Assembly: GCA_030265395.1 (NCBI GenBank)
Contig: JARFYF010000104.1
Location: 86,286,833-86,350,832 of the forward strand
Direction: 5' to 3'
Length of the DNA: 64,000 nt
Source of the DNA: Rhina ancylostomus
Taxonomy: Eukaryota
Each line of letters starts with the position of its first letter. Position 1 is the stretch's first letter. A program made the translations under genes and the position numbers. The notes under the pieces are model-generated. The model was given only the letters and a program-made list of their open reading frames with translations. It was not told where the DNA came from and did no database searches. Below are positions 14,651-26,730 of the stretch, piece after piece.

Positions 14651-15704
14651 TTTTTAGTTAGTTACTAGTGATAGTTACCAGTACAGAGCAGCAACCACTA
14701 CTTGCTGGAACTGTGTAACAATAGCAACCTACATTTATAATAATAACTTTTGCATAGTAAAGAGCCCTGGCTTTTTGCAGAGGAGAACTAGTTGCAAAGG
14801 ATAAATGGGATGGGAAGGTGGACATCTACAACAAGGATGTGAAATCAATGAGATGCATGGTATAATTAAAACTCAGATTAAACATCAGTGATTTCACCAG
14901 TTGTACAGATGTATTCATTACTAATGCTATATGCATCAATTCATTCTTTTCTTTGATGTATGTGAAGCTGGGGAAAACCTGCAGTTAGAAATAGCAAGGG
15001 CACGACTTTACTGTGAAAATAAATCATGCAAACAGTGAACCAGAGCTCCTGCTTGGTGAAGGGTTATGGCAAATGTAAAAGAGTTATCTTAAGACTGATG
15101 AACTCCATTTGGTTTGGAGCCAATTTTATTCAACTGTGTAATTGGAATGGAAGTGGTCCAATCAGGATTTAAGGGAGTCTTCTTCTAGAAGAATAGATGA
15201 AAAAATACTGCAAGTAATTGGCCTTTTCCAACAATAGTTGGAATAGCAGCATCTACATCTGCAGAGCAGTTTAATTCTGGGCCTTGTTTTAATTTGCCAC
15301 TGCTGTACACTGTGAACACCTGTAGCATAAAAGAGACCCACAATTATCATAATTAACAAGCTTGGCATCCTCATTTTGTTCTTAATTAACACCTGTAAAT
15401 TGTAATTGAAAGGAATGCTTTTATAGCAAACTTTCATTCTGTGAACAGACCTTCCCTCTAGTGGAGGGTAAGCTCAAAGGTGAGGTACCAACAGTAATGT
15501 GGGCTCAGTATGTACAGTTACTTTGCTAGCAGTGTCCATATAGGTTCTCCACTTTTTGTAGCAACAAAAAGAACAACAGCAGTCCCTTGGAACTTGGGCT
15601 AGTTGGCTTGCTCCTGCTTCTTTAAAGTCAGAATTAAAATGTATATCTGGCAACGAAAGTTGAATGTTCTTTATACTGGCAATCATTTCAATTTAAAGAA
15701 AATC

Positions 15705-16290
15705 AAAAGAATGCAGATGCTGGAAATCTGAAACAAACACAGAGAATGCTGGAAATACAGCAGGTCAGGTAGCTTTTGTGGAATGAGAAACAGATAAAAT
15801 TTCAGGTTGAAGATCTTTATCTTCTGACTTGGCACGTTGAAGTTTTTTGGACTCTATCAAATTCAGCCATTTAAACTTAATTCACCTTTTCTGTTTGTGT
15901 CAGAATTGGCCATTTTGACTTTAAGTCATTCATCTGTGATTTTTTGGGACAGTTCTCCAATTTTACATACTTTTTTTGTCTTTTTCTTACTTCATAACTT
16001 CCTTAATTTCATAGCATTTGTTTATATTTTTCTCTCTAACTGCTATCATTAACCCACCAACTGGATGACCGCTACAATTTGTCCCAATGGTAACCCTGGT
16101 CTTAATTTATCAGAGATATTTCCTCTGTCCTGTGCATCCTCCCCCAGCCCTCTCAGCAACTTTTTGCTAACTTGTTTTATCTTTTCCCACTTCTGAAAAA
16201 TGTCACCTGCATGATGTGTTCATTTTGATTCTTCTTCTGTAGATTCTGCCTAATCTGCTCTGTATTTCCAGCCTTTTCTGATTTTATTTG
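15705..16290. mobile_element. Penelope-like element remnant with inverted terminal (pseudo-LTR) segments
   Basis: The left arm (tgcagatgctggaaatctgaaacaaacacagagaatgctggaaatacagcaggtcagg, 15711-15770) is the inverted counterpart of the right arm (ctgcctaatctgctctgtatttccagccttttctgattttattt, 16246-16289). Same repeat family as the GIY-YIG-linked copies at 41770 and 56120. Confidence 0.7.
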
Positions 16291-19281
16291 AAATGAAGGT
16301 TTGGGCCAGGCTCTCAACGGGGTTGATGCTTTGGTGTTAATCCCACAACCGCAGGGGTTGTGGAGGGGTGTGTGCAGTGATAGTGGTTGTTAGCAGTGCA
16401 GCATATGGGGATTCCCAAGGTTTCTCTAATGATTCCCACTTGACTGTGTGTGTCTTTGGAGCTGGATCGGATGAGTAGTGTGATTCTCCCATCCATTAGA
16501 CCACTGCCCCCACCCACTCCCCCAACATTCCCAATAAATAGTTTGGGGATATTTATCCACTTTCATGTGTTTGATGTATGGTCATTTGGGAAAATGCAGG
16601 GGGTAGCTATTAACTGTTTCTCTGTCAAGTTCCGACCTTTCTTGAAGAGGAGGGAGATGACCATTTTTTAAAAATTCATTATTGTTACGGACTAGGTTAC
16701 ACTTAGTGAGGTTCCTTTAAGATTGTGTGTGTGTGTGNNNNNNNNNNNNNNNNNNNNNNNNNNNNNNNNNNNNNNNNNNNNNNNNNNNNNNNNNNNNNNN
16801 NNNNNNNNNNNNNNNNNNNNNNNNNNNNNNNNNNNNNAGTTTTTAACACGTATACATGTCTCGGTGTGTTTCTGTTGTTGCTGGTACGTAATGTTATCAA
16901 CAAGGCATCTTGTATTCCTTATGCTGCCTTTGTTTTGATGAGAGCTGCTTGTCGAGGAGGACTGTGAGTTCACCCCATGTATCTAACCTTGCTTTGCCAT
17001 TTAAATCAAAGTGTATTGATTATTTAGCAGAGGTGCTGTATATGAGACTGAAGAAGTTAGGCAGTGTGAGCAGAAGTATTTCCCTTGTCTTGAGTGAAAT
17101 GCTGCTTTGGCTGCTGATGGGACCTTCACACTGCTGCAGTGTTCTGTGGTGTGTTTGTGTTTCCTCTGCTCTTGAACAGATCTCTTGTAGAATATGCAAC
17201 AGATATGGATTGTGGTCACAATGCTTTACGTGGACTTCCTTTTTATAGCGAGCCTAGAAGCAGCTGTGTGTGTCTGCACGCTTGGTCAGCAAACCCATTT
17301 TATGGTTTTGATATCAGAACACAGTGGCTCTTTCAGCACCGATTTCATTACAAAATGTCAATGTTTTTGCTGAATGGTAGGCCAATTTCTGTGGCAAATA
17401 GCAGGAACTAAAAAATACCAGGAGCAAGGAAGGGTGTAGTCACTTTGCCTAGTATAACCCAGGAGTGTTCTTGTACCATCTGATTCTAGCATAAAGCCCA
17501 TGAATACTTGGGTCTTCCGAAGCCACTGAAACAGATCTGGTAATATTTAATGTTTGTGGTGATCAAAACTTGGACCAATCCATGCAGTTCTTGATCTGAA
17601 GAAAGCCACATTAGTTGCTTTTTTACATTGATACATAAACTGCTAGATGAGGCTCCATCTCTAATTTTTTTCAAATTTGTTACATCTTGTTTTTATTAGT
17701 GTCCTGCCTGAGCTTATCCCAGTAACTACTTGCTATGTCTGAGCCTGTCTGCATGGCATGGAATCGTAATCCTTTCCCTATCATTAACTAGAGTTAGCTT
17801 ATATTGTACTTAATTACATTCAAGCAAACTTCTTTCTATTGTAATCTCATGTGTAGCAGAACTGAATGTGCCCCCTTACTTATCTGTACTCAGTCACTTT
17901 CTATATACTTTTGTTGTAATTGTTTATAGCAACTAACACATTATGATCCTTAAGTATACCTAGTCATTGACTTATTATACAATATTGTATACTCATATCC
18001 ATGAAAAGGAAGAACTTACAATAGGGAGCAGTGAAGCACGTGGCCGATTCTCTATCTAAGAAAAACATACTGAATGGAACAGTTGCAGGGAATCTTTCTG
18101 TGAAGAATAATTTAGGGATTCCACTATTCCCTATTGTTCAATTTTAGAAGTATTTTTTTCTCAAACCCATCATGTATTTATCACATGGAGAGGATATATT
18201 AAGGAAGAAAAATCATTTAGAAGACCAAGAACATATTCCCTGTCTTAAAAGAAGAGAATATTTCACTAATGAAACCATAAAATTATCAGCAAAAAACTAT
18301 TAAGTTGTTATCTTCCACAATTCAATATGCTTCGTGTATCTTGTGAATGGTAGAGGGACATATGGTATATTTGCTAAGCTATTAAAAATACATTTCAATA
18401 TAGCTACAAAACATGCTTTATTAAAATTCATTTCACCTTTTTCAGAGTGTGGTGCATGCAATCTTTGCAAAGCTGTTTAACTCTTAAATAATTATAGCTT
18501 TAGATTTATGACTAAAGCGGCAAACTTATTTAAAATCATCAAAAGGAATTATAACTAATAACGTTATTTCTCGACAAAGGGCCAGCAAATACATGTTCCT
18601 CATGGTGACAGAGGAGGAGGAGTTAGTTTAATTATGCTCGGAAATGGTTTGGCAACTTCATATTTTCTATCTTGGCTGGTAGCCATCAAATTATTGGATG
18701 TGTAGGAATTACTGAAGGACTTTATCTTCACAGTTAGCATGTGTGACTCGGAGAACTGGGGATTATCAATTTGCTACTTGGAAGTCACATAGGTGTAAGG
18801 AATGTGAGCCTTTATGTTTAATTATCCCTAATGAGCCATATCAGACAGCAGGTAAATGTAAAAGTGTACACCATACTTAGAGTGGAGTTGGGAAAGCTTC
18901 CTGCTGTGTGCATCTAAGAATCATTATTTGCTAACACAGGCAGTCATGTCAGCAGATTAAGGGAAATTTCATGGCAGGCTTTCGTTCAGAGGTCTAGAGT
19001 CAAGCAGTATGGCAATAATTAATGTTGCGCATTCCTTTAATAACATGAGAGTTGCTTCTTGATGTTAGAATTATAGATGGTATGGCAGTGTGCCTTTGCC
19101 AATGAACTTTCAATATAAGTCTGACTGAATAGAAGGGCTATGTAAATTATTATTTGCTTTATTACCTCTTGCTGCAAGGCATTGTTGAAAATTGAATACT
19201 TGCAACAGTGCAAAATTAATGGCTGTACTTTTGATAATGAGAGTTTTACATTTATATGATTAAAGAAAAGCAAATGAATTA

Positions 19282-20962
19282 CAATGCAAGATTATTACTG
19301 AAAATTTTCAGTAAACTCTTCTTTCATGATGCTACCAAGTTTGTAAGCCTGCTTGTATAAATATATAGTGAATACTTAGAAATTTATCAAGTACATTTTG
19401 ACATAGTTGATTGTTTATTTCTATGTTTCTTGTGTTTTTCCATATGTTGTGCCAATTGATTCATTAGAAGATGATGATTTTGGAAACAATTTTGCCATTT
19501 CTCTGTCAGTATGGAAGAATTTTGATTGACTCATTTAAGTGAAAGTAACTTGAACTGGAACTAAAGAGGCATAGATCGAGTGGACAGTCAGAGCTTTTTT
19601 CCCAGGGCGAAAATGTCTCACACGAGGGGGCATAATTTTAAGGTGATTGAAGGAAGGTATAAGGGGGATGTAAGAGGCAAGTTTTTTACACAGAGAGTGG
19701 TGGGTGTGTGGAATGCACTGCCGGCAGAGGTGGTGGAGGCAGATACATTAGGGACTGTTAAGAGACTCTCAGATAACCACATGAATGATAGAAAAATAGA
19801 GGGCTCTGTTGGAGGTAAGGGTTACTTAGATCTTAGAGCAGGATAAAATATCGCACAATATTGTGGGCCGAAGGGCCTGTACTGTGCTACAATGTTCTAT
19901 AAATTTGAGATGAAAGTCCATGTTCAGCAGGTAGACACAAATAACTTAGTGTCCAGATGTAATCCATGTCTATGGAAAGAATTTATTGTTTAACACTCTT
20001 TGACAAACCAGATTTTATAAATGCTGTGATCCATTAAACCTTGCGAACCATTCGTAAGATTATTTATTTGCATTTATTGAGTTTTAGGAAGAAGTGGATG
20101 CTCTGCATTTGCAACATGTAGTCATAATATTAGAGATTAACTNNNNNNNNNNNNNNNNNNNNNNNNNNNNNNNNNNNNNNNNNNNNNNNNNNNNNNNNNN
20201 NNNNNNNNNNNNNNNNNNNNNNNNNNNNNNNNNNNNNNNNNNNNNNNNNNNNNNNNNNNNNNNNNNNNNNNNNNNNNNNNNNNNNNNNNNNNNNNNNNNN
20301 NNNNNNNNNNNNNNNNNNNNAGATGGTTCCTCCAGTAATATTATATTGACCTTCTTAAAAAAAAATAGAGATTTTTAATGTATATACAATATAAATAAAC
20401 AAATGTCAAAACCTATTGTGACTCTAACTGATTTTGAAAAAAAAAATCTGCAATAAAGACCATCACAGGAGGGTGGTAGATGACACATTCAAGAACCACG
20501 GGCATGGAACTCGGTCATTTTATGGAGCAAAGTACCAAGTAGAAAGGTGTAGACTGTGCCAACTTCGATCAGTGGATGGGTATTAATCTGCAGGTTAGAG
20601 GTACACCTGAATGGACCAGACTGTCTTCTCGTGTCTGAAGAGAACTCATTGCATCCTTCCTGGGTGCAGAATTGTCATCCAGGTTTACAAAAGAAAAGGG
20701 CAGAAATATAAAGGTCCTGGTGTTACTTCCATTTTGATGGTTTTCAACGATCACTGAGCCTATTATCACCTTCTAATGAATCTAATAGTACAACATTTGG
20801 AAAAACACCACAAGAAAAGATAGAGAAAAACAATTAATTATGTCAAAATTTACTTTATAAATTTCTAAGTATTCACTTTATATTTATACAAGCAGGCTTA
20901 CAAACTTGGTAGCGTCATGAAAGAAGAGTTTACTGAAATTTTTCAGTAATAATCCTGCATTG
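19282..20962. mobile_element. TA-flanked element with ~195-bp terminal inverted repeats (Tc1/mariner-like, non-autonomous)
   Basis: 19282-~19477 is the reverse complement of ~20763-20962. Ends are TA|CAATGCA...TGCATTG|TA. No transposase recognised. Contains a nested CR1 fragment and an N-gap. Confidence 0.75.
19562..19900 (+). mobile_element. CR1 LINE 3' end (HER1-like), nested in the TIR element
   Basis: ORF 19580-19846 (SFFPRAKMSHTRGHNFKVIEGRYKGDVRGKFFTQRVVGVWNALPAEVVEA) is a canonical CR1 ORF2 C-terminus; tail gggccgaagggcctgtactgtgct. Confidence 0.93.
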
Positions 20963-21157
20963 TATAGACAGAAATAATCTCCAAAAGATGTAGTTTGGAA
21001 TGTAAAATAATATGGATTCAAGTGTATGTGAGTTAAGATGGATATCATTATTGCAAACCAAATTTTTTTAAAATGGGATGTTCTCTGAGTAATTTTTGAC
21101 AGAGGTCATTATATAGCACGTACTGTTTCTGTTAAAATTATATGTTTATTTTTGCAG

Positions 21158-21450
21158 ATTCCTGAAAGGTGATTTCCACATTGAAGTTTGCATCAATGAT
21201 TACTTGGATGTTTTCTGCCCTCATTATGATGACTCTGTACCGGAAGACAAGACAGAGCGCTATGTTCTCTATATGGTGAATTACGATGGCTACAGCTCGT
21301 GTGATCACACCTCCAAAGGGTTCAAGCGATGGGAGTGTAACAGGCCTTATGCATCCAATGGTCCCTTAAAATTTTCTGAAAAGTTCCAGCTGTTCACTCC
21401 ATTTTCATTAGGATTTGAATTCAGACCTGGCCGAGAATATTACTACATCT
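21158..21450 (+). CDS. efna5: Ephrin-A5 coding exon 2 (most of the receptor-binding ephrin domain)
   Basis: Acceptor tttattttgcag|A at 21157/21158 and donor T|gtgagt at 21450/21451; 293 nt. Translates (R)[97 protein letters not shown](S). Near-identical to vertebrate EFNA5, including the G-H loop [13 protein letters not shown] and the conserved cysteines. Confidence 0.98.
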
Positions 21451-22614
21451 GTGAGTATTATCCTGCTTCTATTGGTTTCCCCAGCAATTTCAGAGTGAGG
21501 TTACACCACACAATGTTATTTCTATTGTGAGATGAATGTTATTTCTCAACTAACTTTAATTCACAGTTTTTAATTTCCCCATTATGCAGGACTAGAAATT
21601 CTTGTACTGTAGCATTTTTGTGTTTGCTTACTGGGAATTTAATCCAAAACCTGATGTTGCAGAGCTTAACATTTGTTCCAGGTCCTCTGTGCAACAGAGG
21701 CTATGGGGTATGGTGTTAGTTCATATTTGACGTTACCTATGCACCATCTAAGCCTGTGAATAGTATAGGCCACTCACACAGTAGGAGGCTTTACTTGAAG
21801 AGTTGAAGCTGTTCCTTCCTAATCTGGTCTGCTGCTATGGGAAAGTGTGATGCAGGTGGGTCCTTCTGAAGAACTCTGCTAGGTGTCTGACTGCATTACC
21901 CAGCCTACCTCCATCCTTAGTGTAGCCTGTCTGCTGATGTCCTTTAGGATACTGATTATGTTTCCTATTCCTCCACATTTCCAATTCCTGTCTCATCATG
22001 CGTCTGATCCACTACTACTCTGCAATCATTTTGATGCCTGATATCCCCTCCCCAAAGTTGCCCCTTATTTTCGAGGCTCCAAATCGCCTCCACACTCTGC
22101 CACCAACCAGTCCTCATCCTCCCTGGTTCCTCACTCCCAACCCTAACCACTCCTGGGTGTCTCGAAATCACTGCTCCTACTGTGATATTTGGCCTACCAC
22201 AGAGCACAGTGGAAAGTCCTTCATACACTGTGCTCTTGTGCACAATTCAATATTTTTTCTTAGGGAGGCCCTGATCAAGAAAATGCTGGAAGACAATCAT
22301 CCTAGTTTAGTTGCCAATCAAAATTTTTTGGCTGAAGAATTTTGATGAGCAGCAGTAGTATTTTCAGCATGTGAGAGAAGTTTTCCTCTGGAGCAGAATG
22401 TGTTTGTGAAGTTTTCTATGTTGACTTACCCCACACGAGAAATTTAACTGTGGATTATTTGTCAAGTGTTAACAATGGATTATTTGTCACGTTTAACCAT
22501 TTTCCACGTCAAATACCTACCCCCTTCTTGGTATAATGCTCCTTTAGAGAATTTCTGGAATACTTAGTTCTTCTAGAATTATCATCTCGGGTTCATCGAC
22601 TTTTCATAGGAAGA

Positions 22615-22710
22615 TCACTGATCCTGTTTCACAGGCACTGTCTGACCTCCTGTGTCTTTCCAGCATTTTATTTTAATTTTATTTCAGATTTCCAGCATCT
22701 AAAATATTTT
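22615..22710 (+). mobile_element. Penelope-like 3' terminal fragment
   Basis: ctgtctgacctcctgtgtctttccagcattttatttt..atttcagatttccagcatct, same family as 15705-16290. Confidence 0.6.
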
Positions 22711-22916
22711 GCATTTGGAAGGCTTTAGTCGCACTGTTTTCTCTGAAACCATGGAAATAACTGCGATTAAAATGTTCTGTGTTCTAAAACTTCTGCAACA
22801 GGGGATCTCTCTGAACNNNNNNNNNNNNNNNNNNNNNNNNNNNNNNNNNNNNNNNNNNNNNNNNNNNNNNNNNNNNNNNNNNNNNNNNNNNNNNNNNNNN
22901 NNNNNNNNNNNNNNNN

Positions 22917-23000
22917 GTACAGTGTCCTCTCTACCCAGTGACCAATGGGTACAATGTCCTCTGTACCCTGTGACAGATGGGTGCGGTGTCCTCTGTGCTC
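22917..23000 (+). repeat. 32-bp minisatellite (~2.6 visible copies, abutting an N-gap)
   Basis: gtacagtgtcctctctacccagtgaccaatgg / gtacaatgtcctctgtaccctgtgacagatgg / gtgcggtgtcctctgtgctc. Confidence 0.75.
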
Positions 23001-23671
23001 ATCAGTGTCGGCCTGGCAGGCAGTGGGATGGAAAGGTAGGCTACACGACAGGGTGCGCCCAGTCCTACCATCACTGACTCAGCCAGGCTTCCTGAGAGGG
23101 CAATTTATTTCAAGCCAATGGGCTAACAGCAGAATACAAAGGGTGACTCATACATCTGTGTTGGACCTTCTTGCAAGACATTGAGTAAGGAATTATTTTT
23201 ATTTCACTTTGATTTCTTCTTTCAGTTCACATAACAAAATCTCCATGGGAACCGGACTTTCCCAGCCACTCCATCCTTGCTTGGCTGATGTGACTTGCCC
23301 AATACAACCACTGTGTTGTGGTGATTTCAGAGGCTCTGAGTCATATTGCTTTCCATGAAGTCTCTACAGTTCTATTTACATCCCACTTGTCCCCAGCGCA
23401 CAACTTGTCCCTCTTCAGTTGCTGCTTTGTGTGGAGTCTGTCTGAGTCAGCAGGCCTGGTGGCGAGCTGTGTGTCCTTGCACAACCTGCTGACTCAAAGA
23501 GTGAGTCGAACTGATAAAGGGGTCAGCCATCGTGATGTTGGTCAGCGTAGTGGGTGGAGGAGAACACAGGGGTTGAGGGCGGTAGCTGAAGGAGGGGAGT
23601 CAAGGAGGTGGGCAAACTTTCGTCTGTCTGTGCCCACCTGTGGCACTGTGTCTATTTGTGTGTTTATATGG

Positions 23672-23713
<42 letters not shown>

Positions 23714-23942
23714 ATGATTGTGTATGTGTGTACTTGAGTGTGTGTGTTTGCATTTGTGTGCGTGTGTTGGTATGGGTAAGCAGGAGTTTACGTGCAAGTA
23801 AGTGTATGTGTGAACAGGTGTTTGTGCATGTTGGCGTGTGTGATGCGTGTGTGAACAGGTGTTTGTGCATGTTGGCGTGTGTGATGCGTGTGTGAACAGG
23901 TGTTAATGTGCATGTTTACATGTGTGATGTGTGTGTCTGTGT
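23672..23942 (+). repeat. (GT)n microsatellite with an embedded 41-bp tandem repeat
   Basis: Pure (GT)n at ~23676-23710; the unit gtgtgaacaggtgtttgtgcatgttggcgtgtgtgatgcgt is repeated ~2.4 times at 23807-23904. Confidence 0.92.
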
Positions 23943-24249
23943 TAATATCCACACAACAGTTTCTAGACTCCCTTGCTACTGGACGAAGAGCTCACTCTGT
24001 CAAGCTCTGTGACAGCTGGTGTACAATAGCTGTCCCACATTAAAAGAAGTCACACACAGGCAGCTTCCAATCCTTAATGTGAATTTTGGGACCTCAAATG
24101 TCAGGACCTTCATGGACAATTCCAACAGCGACAGACCTAAATATCGTTCTGCTATCATAGCACAAGAACTTGGATGCTCTGACACTGGTGAAACTTGAGA
24201 GGCAGGACATAGCCAGCTCAATGAGCAAGTTGGTGGGTACACCTTCTTC

Positions 24250-26725
24250 TGAAAGGGCAAAGCATTTGGCCTCTTAATTGCTTTCTGGACCTGCATGTTT
24301 GCCTTCAATGACATGCAATAGAACACTCAGTTTCTCTTTGAACATCAACACTACCCAATCTGTCACCAGTTAACGAATACTTTGCTTTTCTGTTATGTGA
24401 ACCATGGATACTTTTGCACTTTCCGCATTGTATTCCATCAGCCACCTTCTCCACTCATTCATCTGGCTCATTTTGCCTTGAAGACCCTGTACATCCTCCT
24501 CTGTGTTCATAACCCCACCTCGTTTAGTATCATCAGTATGTGATGTTTGGTGCCCTCAGTCAAACCATTGGTATAGATTGTGAATAACAGGGGCCCAAGC
24601 CCTGATTTGTGTCGTACCCCACTAGTCACAGCCTGCCAACCTGAGAAGGATCTGTTTATTCCCACTCTTTGCTTTCTGTCTGTTAACCAATTCATGTCAG
24701 TACATTAGCCCCATGTTCCATGGGCAGCAACCTTGTTGATCAATTTGCCTCATGGGACCTTATTGAATACCCATATCCAAAGAAACCACACCCATTGGTT
24801 TGCCCCCATCTATTCTACTGGTCACATCCTCAAAGAACTCCAGGAAACATCAAACACAATTTTCCCTTCACAAATTCATATTGGTTCTGTTCAATCCTAT
24901 TACTCTTTTCAAGGTGTTCTGATATTACGTCCCACATTATAGATTCCTGTCCCTGCCACTAACATTAAGTCAACAGTTCCCTGTTTTCTCTCTCCCTCTT
25001 TTCTTAAATAACAGGGTCACTTTTGTTATGCTCTAATCCAAAAAAACAATTCCAGAGTCTGTAGAAATTTGGAAAATGTCCAATGACTCTAAAGCCTCCT
25101 CTTTCAAAACTCTGGGATCTGGATCATTGGGTCCTTGGGATTTATCACCTTTCAAGCCCAGCAATCTCTCCACTACTTTATATTTGGTTAATACTAAGAC
25201 CCTTCGGCTCCTCATTCTTGTTTGACCCTTGACTCTCTAATATATCTGGCAGGACTTGTGTACCTTCTTCTGTGAAGTCAGATGCAAAACAGTTGTTTAA
25301 CTCCTCGGCTATTTCCTTATTTACCATTATAAATTCTATCTCAGATTGGAAGGGATCCACATTGCACTTGCTAATCTTTTTGTGGTTATGAACTAATAAA
25401 ATCTCTTCCTGCTAATTTTTACATTTCTTACCAGTTTACTCTTATTTTCTATGTGGCCTTTCTTAACCAAAGCCTTGGTCCTCCTTTGCTGAGTTCTAAA
25501 ATGCTCTCAACCTTCAAGCCTGCTGCCATTTCTGGCAACCTTATAAGCCTCTTCCTTGGATTTAACATGATCTTTAATTTCTCTTGCTAGCCACAGTTGA
25601 ATCACTTTTCCTGTTGAGCTTTTGTGTCTTAAAGGACTTTTTTTTTGGCAACTAATGCATGATTTAATTAACTTCTAACCATTGCCTGTCTACTCATACA
25701 TTTCCCAAGCAACTACAGCCAACTCTTTTCTCACTCCTTCATAGTCTCATTAGATTTAAGACCCTAGTTTCACACTCTTCCTCAAAAGCAATATTATAAT
25801 CAATACTTCTCGCTGCCTCAGTAAAGTGACTGGCATAATCAAAGACCCCACCCTCTCCAGACATTCTCTCTTCTCCCCCCTCCCATTGGCCCAAAGATAT
25901 AAAAGCCTGCAAGCACTGCCAAGGCTCAAGGACACCTTCTATCCTGCTGTTATAAGGCTATTGAATAGTTCCCTAGTACCGTAAGATGAACTCTTGACCT
26001 CATAACCTACCTCATAATGACCTTGCATCTTATTGTCTAGCTTCACTGCGCTTTCTCTGTACTTGTGACATTTTATTCTGCATTCTGTATTGTTTTACCT
26101 TGTAACTGTGAACATGAACTGTGTAATGAATTGATCTGCATGAACGGTATGCAAGACAAGTTTTTCACTGTACTTTGGTACATGTGACAATAATAAATAA
26201 TACTAATTCCAATTCCTTCCTCATTTCACAGTACAAGATCCAAATTAGTCCTTTCCCTAGATAGTCCCTCAACATATTTATCTCCCATACATTCCACAAA
26301 TTCTTTCTCCGCCTTATTACAGAAAATTTGATTCATCCTGTCTCTCTGTAGGTCAAAGTCTCCCATGGTTACACACGTTCCTGATTTCTTACTTTATGCC
26401 ACACCCAATGTACTATGATTATAAATAACTCCTACCGATATTTTCTGCCCTTTGCTATTTCTTAGTGCGACTCATATTGATTCTGCTTCCATGTATTGAT
26501 CTGTCACCCAAGATCATTTCTCACCACTCCTCTGATTTCCTCCCTTATTAGGTGTAAATTCACCTAAGTGTCAAATACTCAGAATATCTGGTTCCTAGTT
26601 CTGGTCACCGTCCAGCCCTAATCCTGTCATGAAACTGACATCATATCCAGTTACATCTATTTGTGCCCTTAATTCATTTACCATTTTAGTACTTGGATAC
26701 AGTGCCTGTAATTCTGTCATTTTCC
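24250..26725 (-). mobile_element. CR1 LINE ORF2 remnant (endonuclease to reverse transcriptase), interrupted by a Rex1/Babar insertion
   Basis: Minus-strand peptides AQIDVTGYD (~26640-26668), MGDF (~26360), NKEIAEELNNCFAS, LKGDKSQGPNDPDPRVLKE, NWLTDRKQRVGINRSFSGWQAVTSGV..LGPLLFTIY and a DDTK remnant, in colinear order. Confidence 0.9.
25802..26212 (+). mobile_element. Rex1/Babar-type LINE 3' end
   Basis: Open frame 25802-25984: TSRCLSKVTGIIKDPTLSRHSLFSPLPLAQRYKSLQALPRLKDTFYPAVIRLLNSS (IIKDPxHP..F..LPSG.RY..SF.P.AIR.LN motif). The 3' UTR ends tttcactgtactttggtacatgtgacaataataaa. Confidence 0.85.
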
Positions 26726-26730
26726 TTCTT

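Noticed and set aside
21451-21530. C-terminal extension of the ORF-track call 21204-21530 ([10 protein letters not shown]...)
   Set aside because: Read-through past the exon 2 donor into intron 2. The listed start is an internal TTG, and the true exon begins at 21158.
23318-23895. Cys/Val-rich and His/Thr-rich ORFs
   Set aside because: Translation of a (GT)n microsatellite.
22917-23904. 32-bp and 41-bp repeats as a CRISPR-like array
   Set aside because: Head-to-tail units with no unique spacers, no cas genes, and a vertebrate context.
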